64,000 nucleotides of DNA from positions 1 through 64,000 of the IMG/VR virus record IMGVR_UViG_3300013772_000002; one strand, written 5' to 3'. How positions within the stretch are numbered: the stretch's first letter is position 1; every line of letters starts with the position of its first letter. Both the position numbers and the translations under genes were made by a program. This DNA is from a virus. Below are positions 35,710 to 45,675 of the stretch, in pieces. The notes beneath the pieces are model-generated. The model saw nothing but the letters and a program-made list of their open reading frames with translations. It did no database searches and was not told the origin of the DNA.

Positions 35710-36054
35710 ATGGGGACACAGATTGCGCGGAAGTCAGGAGAGATGCCTCGCAATCATTTCGAGGAGCCACCGTCCGGATGGAAGCCGCGTCGTTTTCCGC
35801 CGATTGGCGCTTATGGTCAGGGGTCAGATCGCCTCGCGCATGCATTGGGAAGGGTTGTTGGTTCCGGGGTTCACGGTCATGTTGAGAGCATTCCCGTCGA
35901 TGGTGGTGAGCGCGTTCTTTTCATGGTTGGACTGATCGTTGGTGGTTTATCGTGGACATGGCAAGGCACCTATGAGGAATGGGAGGTCAGAGAGGCGATT
36001 GAAGATTTACTTGCCGCTTTCAATAATGGAGGGAGACATGATGGGTCTGACTGA
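35710..36054 (+). CDS. Hypothetical protein
   Basis: GAGGA RBS. Confidence 0.6.
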   Translation: MGTQIARKSGEMPRNHFEEPPSGWKPRRFPPIGAYGQGSDRLAHALGRVVGSGVHGHVESIPVDGGERVLFMVGLIVGGLSWTWQGTYEEWEVREAIEDLLAAFNNGGRHDGSD

Positions 36055-36066
36055 TGGGATTGACCT

Positions 36067-36336
36067 GTGGTAAGTGAGCGTACTGCCCAGATGGCGCGAC
36101 GACGAGAGGCTGAGATCGACTATTTGATCTTGACGGCTTTTCGTGCCGCGGAAGATCGGGGCTTCGATGTAAACGATTGCCATCCCGTCGTTGACGAGGA
36201 GGATGGCTCGTGCGTCCTGATGATAGGGGATCGTCCATTTGCGGTGATCGAAATGGATGAAGAGACCCTTCGTCTTACGTTGCGTTTCTTTCTACTTTTC
36301 GCGCCCGACACAAAGGAGCATAAAAATGACAACTGA
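36067..36336 (+). CDS. Hypothetical protein, 89 aa
   Basis: Tiled ORF. Confidence 0.55.
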   Translation: MVSERTAQMARRREAEIDYLILTAFRAAEDRGFDVNDCHPVVDEEDGSCVLMIGDRPFAVIEMDEETLRLTLRFFLLFAPDTKEHKNDN

Positions 36337-36628
36337 ACATCCCGATGCGCGACTGACGATGGCACGAGCATTCGAGGAGGGCGCGATCGCCATTACCGGA
36401 CGCGCCGCGCGTACCAATGCCGCGGGGACGATTGTTCCGGTGCGGGTACGCGTCACCGGGCTGGGAGAAAGTCCGTTCTTCGCTCTTTCCATTACCAGTG
36501 AGGCGGATGGCATGGACCTGCTCAATGAGCGCGTCTTCGCCCTCGATGGCGTTATTGCTCGCCTCATGGATGCTGGTGAGGGAGTGGGCACGGACGGGTT
36601 GCCAGCAGTGTGGGAAACGATCCGTTAA
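36326..36628 (+). CDS. Hypothetical protein
   Basis: AAGGAG RBS. Confidence 0.6.
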   Translation: MTTEHPDARLTMARAFEEGAIAITGRAARTNAAGTIVPVRVRVTGLGESPFFALSITSEADGMDLLNERVFALDGVIARLMDAGEGVGTDGLPAVWETIR

Positions 36629-36644
36629 TACCGAAAGGAACATC

Positions 36645-37574
36645 ATGCGTAGCCAATCCCTCCTCTTCGATCGCCTGACAACTCATCCGCTCGTCATCGC
36701 CGAAGGCGCGATGAATGATGCCGAGATTCTCACGAAAGGCGCCCCGATCGAGGCGGTCGTTTTTGACATTACCGAGCTCGCCTTCGTTCAGCGCATGCTC
36801 GCACCGCTCGATCGGTGGGCACTCGACAGTTACCCCTGTGTCGTCCCTGTGATCGACACAGACCTCTGGTTCGAGTGGTTTTCCCCCGCTCACGGGACGA
36901 CCTTCGGTCTCTTTGTGCGTGCCGCTGATATGGGGGCGGCAATTGACGGCCAGCTCCGCGACGGCTATCTCATTTGCCACCATCTCGTCGGCGGTCATGC
37001 CTTTATGGAGCGGCCAGCGCAAAGGGACATTCTTCACCTCGGCACCTTTCGCTATGGCGTCGATCGTGAAGGACGCCTCTTCAGTGGTTGGGCTCCTTCC
37101 TTGACCAGTAACTGGGATCGTGAGTTTGGCGAGTTTGGTCCGGAGATGATTCGCGCCTTGCTCTCTCCTCACCTCTTTGCGATGTCTGTGCTGCATAACC
37201 CGACAACTACGGTCGCGCGACACGACCCGGACGATCTTTACGCGCGGCGCTGGGTGAAGAAGTATAAGCGCTCACTCGCCTCCTGGTATGCGATTGATAC
37301 CGAGCCGGAGTTTGACACGGTCAGTGCCGAGCAAACGGGTGCGGAACCCTTTCCGTCGGCTCTTCGTCGCATCCAGCGTGAACCACGCGCGGGTATCGTT
37401 GACTGTCTCAGTCGCTATAACTGGCGGATCGATGACATTCGTGTCGCGACACAGTCCTTTCAGGGATCAGAGAAGCCAATTGTTGCGCCGCCGAGCGGAA
37501 CGCTACTTCTCCCGCCGGCGCCCGCTCGCGTTGTGCCCATCTTCCTGGGTGGCGCACCGGGACACTCTCAATGA
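36645..37574 (+). CDS. Phage hypothetical protein, ~309 aa
   Basis: GAAAGGA RBS. Confidence 0.7.
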   Translation: MRSQSLLFDRLTTHPLVIAEGAMNDAEILTKGAPIEAVVFDITELAFVQRMLAPLDRWALDSYPCVVPVIDTDLWFEWFSPAHGTTFGLFVRAADMGAAIDGQLRDGYLICHHLVGGHAFMERPAQRDILHLGTFRYGVDREGRLFSGWAPSLTSNWDREFGEFGPEMIRALLSPHLFAMSVLHNPTTTVARHDPDDLYARRWVKKYKRSLASWYAIDTEPEFDTVSAEQTGAEPFPSALRRIQREPRAGIVDCLSRYNWRIDDIRVATQSFQGSEKPIVAPPSGTLLLPPAPARVVPIFLGGAPGHSQ

Positions 37575-37795
37575 CCATCAATGTGCAGCCGGGAATACGC
37601 GTCGAATTGACGGGCGCTCCAACCGCCGTGACCCTTCGCGGTCGCACCGGGACGGTCGTGCGAGAAGACGAGGACGAGGGCTATGTGATTGTCAATCTTG
37701 ACACCCCCGCCCTGTATCGCCATTTCAACGGCGAAGTTGAAGAGCTGCCGGAAGTAAGGGTGATGACCGACAATCTGCGTATCCTCGGCTCCTAA
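37571..37795 (+). CDS. Small KOW/SH3-like protein
   Basis: PG.RV......GRTGTVV...YVIVNLD pattern. Confidence 0.55.
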   Translation: MTINVQPGIRVELTGAPTAVTLRGRTGTVVREDEDEGYVIVNLDTPALYRHFNGEVEELPEVRVMTDNLRILGS

Positions 37796-37861
37796 GCGTT
37801 TCTGATGCCACTTGACACGATATATCTAACATGATATAGTGGGGGTCATGAGGGAGCGATC

Positions 37862-40800
37862 GTGACAACTGATCCATATATTCATCTTCACCTACATACC
37901 AGCTTCAGCACCGCCGATGGCATTCCCTCGCCCGACCAGATTGCCGAGGCAATCGTTGAGCGCGGGCAGGACGGTTGCGCCATTACGGATCATGGCGCGC
38001 TCCACGGTCTTTTTCCCTTCGACGCGGCGATGCGGAAGGCGGGGAAACACCCCATCCTAGGGGGGGAGCTTTATTTGACGGTTGGACCGATCGTCAAGAA
38101 TAGTGATGGCGCAAAGCCGATTCGGGATAGTTTTCATCTCACCGCGCTTGCCAAGAATGAGATCGGCTATCGCAATCTTCTCGCCCTCAATGCCAAGGCG
38201 TCGATTGAGAATACCTACTATGATAAACCGCGCGTCACGCTGGATTGGCTTGCGGAACATCGCGAAGGTCTCGTTATCCTCTCTGGCTGTATATCCTCAC
38301 TGATTTCCGTCTGCATTCTCGCGGCAAAACTGGAAGGAGCGTGGGGAGACAGGGCACGCGCAAAATCAGGTGTTCGCTTCGGCTATCTCGATGTGGCGCT
38401 AAAACACTTCCTTTGGTTTCGCGAGACGTTTGGCGAAGACTTCTTCGTCGAATTAATGGATCACGGTCTTCCCGAGGAGGAAATAGTTGCCAAGCAACTC
38501 CTCGCCTGGGCAGATCAGTATGAAGTGCCGATTGTCGGCACCAACGACGTTCACTACCTAGAAAAGGATGATTTTCAGATACAGACCGTCATCACTGCCG
38601 CGACGCGGAAGAAGGACGATGATGGCGTCTGGACCGAGGGAATCGGTCACGAAGGACTGCATCTCATGACGGGTGCGGAGATGGCGGTATTACCGCTCTT
38701 TCTCGAACGCCCCGAAGCGCTGACCAATACGCGCGTTGTTTTTGAGCGCTGCGTATTCGATCTGCCCGCGCCACCATCGCTCCTGCCGTCTTTCCCCTTG
38801 CCAAAGGGCGCGAAGGGCATTGAATCGTACCTCTGGGACAAAGTAGTCGCCGGTTGCCACCGGCGCTATGGACATATGTCGGGTGAAGTGCTCGATCGTG
38901 CGACCTACGAGTTTGAGGTCATTCGTGACATGCGTTTCCTCGACTACTTTGCAGTCGTTGAGGAGTTGATCTCCTGGTCGAAAAATAAGGGCATTCGTGT
39001 TGGCCCCGGTCGTGGGAGCGCGGCAGGATCGCTCGTCGTTTATGCGCTCGGTATTACGGATGTCGATCCGCTCCACTTCGGTCTCTTTTTTGAGCGCTTC
39101 CTGAATCCGAATCGTATCTCGATGCCGGACATCGACATTGATTTCGCTGACACGCGACGCGATGAGGTCGTAGCGCATGTGCGAAAAGTCTATGGTGATG
39201 CCCATGTTGCCCAGATATCGACCTATGGCACATTAGCGTCGCGTTCTTCGGTGCGAGCTGTCGCGCGGGCGATGGGAGTCGGGTATCTCGCGAGCGATCT
39301 TCTTGCGAAGCAATTCCCGATGGGTCCGACGAGTCCGCCGATGGCAGAGAGTGCCGCCAGTCCGGCTATCCTCAACTATCTTGCCCAGCAGCCGGACGGT
39401 GAGCGAGAGGAGCTTGAGGAACTCGTCCGTACGGCGGTGACGATTAATGGGCGGATCAATAATGTTGGCCGTCATGCAGCAGGCATCGTGATTTCCGGTC
39501 CGCCGATCCTCGATTACATTCCCGTCGGGCAAATCAAGGGCGAGAAGGTCGTGCAATGCTCGATGCATGAAGTGGAAGACAAGGGACTCCTCAAGATGGA
39601 TTTCCTTGGTCTCACGACATTGACGCTGATCAATGTGGCCGAAGAGTTGATCAACGCCAATCGCGCATCGACACTCGAGCCATTCGCCGTAGCGGATCAG
39701 CCACTTGAAGGACCTGACGCCGACGCGGTCTACGCAATGATGGCGCGCGGTGATGTCTTTGGGTGCTTCCAGCTCGATCAGGCGACGGCATTGGGCATTA
39801 CACGACAGGTAAAACCCCGTCGCTTCGACGATGTTGTGACAATCACTGCGCTTGGTCGTCCTGGACCAATGGAACATGCTCCCCAATTTGTGTCGCGACG
39901 TGAGGGGCGGGAGGCGGTTGTCTACGCCCATCCCGATCTCGAGCCCGTCCTGGGAGATACTTACGGATTCCCCGTTTTTCAGGAGCAGGTGATGCAAATC
40001 GCTCGTGTCCTGGCGGGTTACTCGCTCGCCGAGGCGGATGAACTGCGCAAGGCAATGGGCAAGAAGCTGCCGGTTGAGATGGCAAAGCATCGCGATCGTT
40101 TCCTCGCGGGATGTCGGGGAAAGGGTATCGCCGATAACATCTCGAATCCACTTTTTGATGATATGGAGAAGTTCTCCGGTTACGGGTTCAATCGCTCGCA
40201 TTCGACTTGTTATGCGCTCATTGGCTTCTGGACGGGTTTCCTTTCTTGTCATTATCCGAATGAATTCCTGGCTGCCTTAATGACGAGTGAGTTCGGTAAT
40301 TCCGAGAAAGTTGCGCGTGTGATTGCCGAATCTCGTCATCGCGGAATCGGTATCCTTCCTCCGTCGGTTGATCGTAGTCAATGGGCGTGCACTATTGAAG
40401 GGAGCGCTCTTCGTCTCGGATTGGGCATGGTCAAAGGATTGGGCGCTGACATGGCTCGCCAGATCGCCGCTAGTGCTCCATATGATTCGATCGACGCACT
40501 TTTCTTGCGTATCCCAGCGATTAGTTCCGGAGCCGTCACGGCATTAGTTAAATCTGGGGCGTGCGACCACCTCATCCCCGATCGGTCGCCCAAGCAACGC
40601 GTCGGCGTCTCCGAGCAAGTATCAGCGATGGCAAGACGCGTGCGGGCAATGGTGAAGAAGAATCAGAACGGTCTTCAGACTTCACTCTTTGCGCCAACCG
40701 AGCACTTCGTTCCTCTTCCCCTTGCCGTCCATCCGGACAGCTCATTAAAGGAAACGCTCGAGAATGAGCTCGGGATACTCGGTTGCTATCTGACGCTCTC

Positions 40801-41512
40801 ACCACTTGCTGAGTTGGCAGAGCGTGAGGGACGCGGTGCATCCCTTGCCGATGTGCCGGAGGAAGTTCCGCCCGACGAGGAAATCACCTATGCATTCAAG
40901 GCGCCGCACGACTACGTTGTCGAAGTGCGCGAAATGAATGTCGTCTTGACGAAGGAGTCCCAAGAGTCAATGGCACTCCTAACCGTTGCTGACGCACAGG
41001 GCACGAAGCGTCGTATGGCAGTTTTCCCGCGACTCTATCGCGAGCTGGCGCCGGAGGGTCTCGCACAGGGCGCGCTGATGCGGGTCGTCGCGCGCGCGAA
41101 CATCTACAAAGGCGAGGTCGGTCTTGTCGCCAATGAAGCGCGTATCGTTGCCCTCGGCGACATCGAGCGGATGATGCGTGCGGATGATGCACGGATGCTC
41201 GAAGTCCTGCACGTTTCATTCTCACAGGCACAGTTGGCGACACCAGTCTACATGCGCTTTCTTACAAGCGCCATCAATCGTCCGGAGTTCTCCGGAGACC
41301 GCCCTGTGATCCTCCACACGCCCGATGGCAAGGCGGTACCACTCTCGACGGGCGTCAAGGCCCCACGCGCCATCTGCGAGCACCTGCGCACTCTCTTTGG
41401 GGGTCGCGTGTCCACCGGACCACCCGGACTCCGTTGGCGTGATGAGGCATGGAATTTGTACGACCCAAACGCGGCATTGAGTGAAGAAGACTTCGCCGAC
41501 GTGCCATTTTAG
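37862..41512 (+). CDS. dnaE: DNA polymerase III alpha subunit
   Basis: PHP domain (HLHLHT, ITDHG, TNDVHY); GPGRGSAAGS, FERFLNP, MPDIDIDF and YGFNRSH. Confidence 0.96.
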   Translation: MTTDPYIHLHLHTSFSTADGIPSPDQIAEAIVERGQDGCAITDHGALHGLFPFDAAMRKAGKHPILGGELYLTVGPIVKNSDGAKPIRDSFHLTALAKNEIGYRNLLALNAKASIENTYYDKPRVTLDWLAEHREGLVILSGCISSLISVCILAAKLEGAWGDRARAKSGVRFGYLDVALKHFLWFRETFGEDFFVELMDHGLPEEEIVAKQLLAWADQYEVPIVGTNDVHYLEKDDFQIQTVITAATRKKDDDGVWTEGIGHEGLHLMTGAEMAVLPLFLERPEALTNTRVVFERCVFDLPAPPSLLPSFPLPKGAKGIESYLWDKVVAGCHRRYGHMSGEVLDRATYEFEVIRDMRFLDYFAVVEELISWSKNKGIRVGPGRGSAAGSLVVYALGITDVDPLHFGLFFERFLNPNRISMPDIDIDFADTRRDEVVAHVRKVYGDAHVAQISTYGTLASRSSVRAVARAMGVGYLASDLLAKQFPMGPTSPPMAESAASPAILNYLAQQPDGEREELEELVRTAVTINGRINNVGRHAAGIVISGPPILDYIPVGQIKGEKVVQCSMHEVEDKGLLKMDFLGLTTLTLINVAEELINANRASTLEPFAVADQPLEGPDADAVYAMMARGDVFGCFQLDQATALGITRQVKPRRFDDVVTITALGRPGPMEHAPQFVSRREGREAVVYAHPDLEPVLGDTYGFPVFQEQVMQIARVLAGYSLAEADELRKAMGKKLPVEMAKHRDRFLAGCRGKGIADNISNPLFDDMEKFSGYGFNRSHSTCYALIGFWTGFLSCHYPNEFLAALMTSEFGNSEKVARVIAESRHRGIGILPPSVDRSQWACTIEGSALRLGLGMVKGLGADMARQIAASAPYDSIDALFLRIPAISSGAVTALVKSGACDHLIPDRSPKQRVGVSEQVSAMARRVRAMVKKNQNGLQTSLFAPTEHFVPLPLAVHPDSSLKETLENELGILGCYLTLSPLAELAEREGRGASLADVPEEVPPDEEITYAFKAPHDYVVEVREMNVVLTKESQESMALLTVADAQGTKRRMAVFPRLYRELAPEGLAQGALMRVVARANIYKGEVGLVANEARIVALGDIERMMRADDARMLEVLHVSFSQAQLATPVYMRFLTSAINRPEFSGDRPVILHTPDGKAVPLSTGVKAPRAICEHLRTLFGGRVSTGPPGLRWRDEAWNLYDPNAALSEEDFADVPF

Positions 41513-41527
41513 ATTGAGGAGAATATT

Positions 41528-42394
41528 GTGACTAAGACAAAGACCATTCGCATTGAATTGACGCAGCGTCAGACCGCTCTTATTGACATCGCCAACAAAG
41601 AGCGTGTGCGTCCCTACGACTGGCATGCGACCTTCGATCGCAATTCCGAGCGCTGGTACGCACGCGCCGCGATGACATCTCCTGACGGAACGCGCACCGA
41701 GGTGATGCTGCACCGCTTTCTTCTCGACGAACCGTCCGGTACCGCCGTCCAGTTTATCGACGGTAACCCGCTCAATTGTACCGCCATCAACATGATTGGT
41801 GGTGTACGTAATCGTCTCGCACTGGGGCGCGGCACTTCTCGTTTCAAGGGCGTGTCGTTTGTCTCGAAGAAGAAGGTCAATCCCTGGCGGGCCGAGGTTC
41901 GTTTTGGTGGAATGAAGCATTATATCGGCGGCTTTCCCACCGAAGAAGAAGCCGCAAGCGCCTTTGACGATTTCTGGGAAACTCTTGGCGGTGACCCACG
42001 CCTGACGAACCGGGCAATGATGGCGAGGCGGATGTTGCCAGCGGTCGCGATGGAGGTCGGTGTCGAAATCATGCCTCGGAGGGTTTCGCACAACGCTTCT
42101 GGCTATCGTGGCGTGACACTCTTTAATAAGAAATGGCATCGCGCGACGATCTGGCTTGAAGATAAGACGAAATTGATTGGCTACTTCACGGAGATCACCG
42201 ATGCCGCCCGGGCGTATGACAGGGAGGCGTTTCTTCGCGACGGGGATCGGGCGCGCCTGAACTTCCCTAATGACGATCCGATGGTCTGGGTTGCTCCCCC
42301 TCCCGTCATTCGCGTCCCCCCGCCGCCAAAGCCGGTTTTCCCGCGTGATGCGAAGGATCGGCGGCGGCGCCCCGATCCGATGGCGGCGGCATAG
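41528..42394 (+). CDS. HNH-AP2 family protein with two AP2 domains (HNH degenerate)
   Basis: LHRFLL..IDGN; SRFKGV..WRA..YIGGFPTEEEAA; SGYRGV..IGYFTEITDAARAYD..LNFP. Confidence 0.85.
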   Translation: MTKTKTIRIELTQRQTALIDIANKERVRPYDWHATFDRNSERWYARAAMTSPDGTRTEVMLHRFLLDEPSGTAVQFIDGNPLNCTAINMIGGVRNRLALGRGTSRFKGVSFVSKKKVNPWRAEVRFGGMKHYIGGFPTEEEAASAFDDFWETLGGDPRLTNRAMMARRMLPAVAMEVGVEIMPRRVSHNASGYRGVTLFNKKWHRATIWLEDKTKLIGYFTEITDAARAYDREAFLRDGDRARLNFPNDDPMVWVAPPPVIRVPPPPKPVFPRDAKDRRRRPDPMAAA

Positions 42395-42823
42395 ATGTAC
42401 GGATCGATCAATTCGTACATAGAGGAATCAACCCAACACGATCTGAACGCGGAGATCGATCGGATCGCTAGGAGGCAGGAGGATATTCTCGTACGCGGTC
42501 GGAAAGCGCTGGAAGTCGCGGCGTTGCTCGCCGTTTCATTCTTTGGTATCAAGATGCCGTCATCGCTCCTCGTGCTTTGCGATGGGCCGCTTCGTGCCAA
42601 TCATCGGCGGACAGACGGACTCATGACGGGTGACGGCATGTGGCAAGAAATACGGTTTGATGGCGATACGCTTGTGCGTGCCGAGCAACGGCATGTCCTC
42701 GAGGAATCGTCAGTGCGCATGGAAGTTTCCGTTCAATTCGGGGAGCGGTTTCGGAAGGCACTCGAAGCGCGCGGGATGCTTGAATACGCGAATGGGGAGA
42801 TTGAGCGATGCTTGAAGACATGA
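42395..42823 (+). CDS. Hypothetical protein, 142 aa
   Basis: Tiled ORF. Confidence 0.6.
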   Translation: MYGSINSYIEESTQHDLNAEIDRIARRQEDILVRGRKALEVAALLAVSFFGIKMPSSLLVLCDGPLRANHRRTDGLMTGDGMWQEIRFDGDTLVRAEQRHVLEESSVRMEVSVQFGERFRKALEARGMLEYANGEIERCLKT

Positions 42824-43644
42824 TGCCTTTTGTACTCCTAGACGTAAGTCGTCCCCGGAATGGCGGAAGGATGAGCGAGGACGATATTATTGATATTCAC
42901 GTCTCGTACGCGGCGGGAATATGCACGCGAAAGAACCTCGCGGATCGCTATCATGTTTCCCAAAGACAGATCGGTGCGATCTTGTGTGGGGAACAATATT
43001 TGTTGATCGGTCGAGATAATATGCCGGTCATTCAGAAACACCAAAATAAATTGACCGCTGATGATGCGCGGGCAATTTGTGCCGCGTCCGATATCGGTGA
43101 AACGCAAATGTCGATTGCTGGCCGCTTCGGCGTCTCGGGTGCCAGGGTCAATCAGGTTATCAACGGTTTTGCATGGAGGGAAGCGACGGGGCGTATATGC
43201 CAACGCCATAATCCCTACCATCCGTCTAAACTGACGGGTGAGAAGGTGCGGGCTATCCGTATCGCGTATGCGAAGGGCGATGTGACGCAAGGCGAGATTG
43301 CCATTCGTTATGGAGTTTCGCAATCACTGATATCCAATATTATCCTTGGCATTGCGCACCTAGAAAGCGATGACGAGACGAAGGATGATTACTTCTGGCG
43401 CAAAGTAGATCGCACGGGTGGTTCCAGTGCCTGTTGGGAATGGCAAGGGTCGATAAAGGCAGGGAAGGGTTACGGAATAGTAAAGCGGTCCGGTTCCATT
43501 ATCTCTGCCCATCGATGTGCGTACGAGATGATTAATGGCAAAATTGCCCCCGGAATCACCCTCCGACAAACCTGTCGGAACCCTCGTTGCGTCAATCCCG
43601 CACATATGCAAGAAAAGACAAGGAGGGTACAAGGTGTCGATTAG
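42808..43644 (+). CDS. Triple-HTH plus degenerate HNH protein
   Basis: Three LA/IA.RY/FxVS HTH repeats; CWEWQG..GYG..AHRCAY..RQTCRNPRCVNPAH; start may be 42871. Confidence 0.8.
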   Translation: MLEDMMPFVLLDVSRPRNGGRMSEDDIIDIHVSYAAGICTRKNLADRYHVSQRQIGAILCGEQYLLIGRDNMPVIQKHQNKLTADDARAICAASDIGETQMSIAGRFGVSGARVNQVINGFAWREATGRICQRHNPYHPSKLTGEKVRAIRIAYAKGDVTQGEIAIRYGVSQSLISNIILGIAHLESDDETKDDYFWRKVDRTGGSSACWEWQGSIKAGKGYGIVKRSGSIISAHRCAYEMINGKIAPGITLRQTCRNPRCVNPAHMQEKTRRVQGVD

Positions 43645-44071
43645 TTACATCAATGGCGATCTCCTCGCCTCAACAATGGAGACCCTCGTCTGTCCGACAA
43701 ACTGCGTTGGCATTATGGGCGCGGGACTGGCGGCAAAATTCGCGCGACGTTTTCCGGAGGTGGCAGATGCGTATAACCGGAGTAGTAAGGATGGTCAGGT
43801 CAGTCCCGGAGTTTTGGTGCTCTCTCGCGGACCCGGAGCACACAATATCCTGATGTTTCCGACCAAGCGTCACTGGCGTGATTTGTCGCGGCTGGAGGAC
43901 ATTGTTGCCGGGCTTGCCAACATTCGGGTTTTTGGAATTCAATCCATCGCCGTACCCGCGCTTGGCTGCGGTCTTGGCGGTCTTGACTGGGAGATTGTTC
44001 GCCCCCTAATGGAGCAGTATCTCGGCGCGCTCGATATTCCGGTGGAAATCTATCCGCCAAAGGAACGATGA
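43634..44071 (+). CDS. Macrodomain protein (DarG/Appr-1-p processing-like)
   Basis: GDLL, NCVGIMGAGLA, FPTKRHW and SIAVPALGCGLGGLDW; AGGAGG RBS. Confidence 0.9.
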   Translation: MSISYINGDLLASTMETLVCPTNCVGIMGAGLAAKFARRFPEVADAYNRSSKDGQVSPGVLVLSRGPGAHNILMFPTKRHWRDLSRLEDIVAGLANIRVFGIQSIAVPALGCGLGGLDWEIVRPLMEQYLGALDIPVEIYPPKER

Positions 44072-44467
44072 ATGATGCCATTAATGGAAACCGCACTGAA
44101 GACGATGCAATTACCCGACATGGACCCCTTCGTTCGTCCCGATGAGACGACACATGTCGACCATCTTGACAAGCGCTGGTACATCCGCGAAGGAGATGAG
44201 GCGATCGGCGCACTTTGTGAAAACATCTCTGAGAAGTATCCCGATACCAAGACAATTAGCGTCGTTTCTTCATCCGGGGTCGAATATCGGGAGACCCCGG
44301 TTATCGGTGGCGGGTTCGTTTATCACCAATTCTATCACTGGGCGACGGCTATCTCCGTTTTTCGGCACGGTCCCTTCGGTATTATTCAAGGAACGTGGGA
44401 GCGGCGTTGCGGCTTCCTGCCGATTTTTACCAGCCCAAAACGACTCGATGGCATTCGTCTCGATTAA
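44072..44467 (+). CDS. Hypothetical protein, 131 aa
   Basis: AAGGA RBS. Confidence 0.6.
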   Translation: MMPLMETALKTMQLPDMDPFVRPDETTHVDHLDKRWYIREGDEAIGALCENISEKYPDTKTISVVSSSGVEYRETPVIGGGFVYHQFYHWATAISVFRHGPFGIIQGTWERRCGFLPIFTSPKRLDGIRLD

Positions 44468-44496
44468 GGGCGTATCGCTTGACTCCGAGATAGCAC

Positions 44497-44526
44497 AATA
44501 CCCCCGCTCGATCGAGCGGGGGTATT
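44497..44526. terminator. Bidirectional terminator between convergent transcription units
   Basis: Perfect 30-bp palindrome AATACCCCCGCTCGATCGAGCGGGGGTATT followed by CTTTT. Confidence 0.8.
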
Positions 44527-44539
44527 CTTTTCGCCTTGC

Positions 44540-45046
44540 CTAATCAGGATCGATCAGCGATCCATCGAAGAGCGGTCGCGCCGCCTCCATCGTCCAGTGA
44601 CCACGTACCGCTCTCCACCTGCCATCATATTGGCAGGAGAAACGGAGGGAGCCAGAGAGTGCGAAGCGAGCGATCTCTACCCTGCCCTTGTGTTTCGCGC
44701 GCTGGAGCGACGGTGGGTTGCCGTAGGAGTGCACCATGCTCCGAGCCACAATCAGTTCGATCGATTGGCCGAAAGAGTTCTGCCAGGTACGCGTTGTCGT
44801 TTCAAGAACGATCAGTGGTCGTGCCGGGAACTGAGCCTCGTGCTCTTCAAATGCCGTCAGAAAGCCGCTCGCTCTTGCTTCGTGATCGAGACCACCAAGT
44901 GAGCCGGATGGTTCGGAGAAAATGAGGTAGTCGCGAATCGGGAAATCCGCGTAATCATCTTCGCGCCCAAGAAGCGGATAGTTGCCGCCGAGATCGATGG
45001 CAAAGCCCAGTTCCTGCATGCGTGGGTCGATATTCCAGATGCTCAA
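44540..45046 (-). CDS. Hypothetical protein, 168 aa
   Basis: TTGA coupling. Confidence 0.6.
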   Translation of the reverse strand: MSIWNIDPRMQELGFAIDLGGNYPLLGREDDYADFPIRDYLIFSEPSGSLGGLDHEARASGFLTAFEEHEAQFPARPLIVLETTTRTWQNSFGQSIELIVARSMVHSYGNPPSLQRAKHKGRVEIARFALSGSLRFSCQYDGRWRAVRGHWTMEAARPLFDGSLIDPD

Positions 45047-45675
45047 GCGGCGCCTTCTTTCTTCAGCCAGAGGTCGCGAACGAAGGCGCCGATCGCGACG
45101 TGACCCCTCATGCGCTTGATTTGTGGAAGGGTTATTTTATTACGATTGTACGACGCATCTAGAAGGAGAAGATCGAGAGGGCGGTCAAAGGTGTAATTGA
45201 GCGCGATGTTCGTCAGTGTCTCCAGGTGATCGTCGATAAAGACGAGGCGTTCGGGTCCGTGGAGGGCGAGTGCCGACATCTTTGTTTCCGGACCGCAGGA
45301 GAGGGATTCCTTGGGACAATACGGCGTCAAGAAACCGTGCGCCTCGAGCCAGGTACGCGTTGTCGTCAGGAGGTGTTCGGGACGGCTGGAACGGAAGTAG
45401 ATTGCACATCCAAGCGTACGCAATGCGAGAACCATTGCCAGTGCACCGCCCATCACGGGCGCGGTCGCGTAGTAGTAGGGATTGTTGTATGCGCTCTCCC
45501 ACCAACGCAGACTCTCCGGGCTCATCCATGGATAGGCATCTGCCGTCCGGAAGGCGGTTGGCGCGGAGAGGGGCTTAGTGGGATGGAGCGTATTCCAGGC
45601 GTTCGTAATGTGACCGCTGACGTCACAAATGACGCCATCAATATCGCAAATGATGCCAATCGATTTGTTGAACAC
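45043..45675 (-). CDS. HAD-family 5'(3')-deoxyribonucleotidase-like protein
   Basis: DIDGVICD, SSRP, T..WL and FIDD. Confidence 0.85.
   Translation of the reverse strand: MFNKSIGIICDIDGVICDVSGHITNAWNTLHPTKPLSAPTAFRTADAYPWMSPESLRWWESAYNNPYYYATAPVMGGALAMVLALRTLGCAIYFRSSRPEHLLTTTRTWLEAHGFLTPYCPKESLSCGPETKMSALALHGPERLVFIDDHLETLTNIALNYTFDRPLDLLLLDASYNRNKITLPQIKRMRGHVAIGAFVRDLWLKKEGAA

Larger units (their letters stand above)
17785..37840 (+). promoter_or_regulatory. Dispersed promoters of the same class (TTGACN-17 bp, usually ending ATGA-, then TAnnnT)
   Basis: At 17785, 18880, 20329, 21700, 27526, 31308, 34208, 35362 and 37812 (also 7548, 8112; minus strand 46658-46686; 52948; 54428). Confidence 0.75.
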
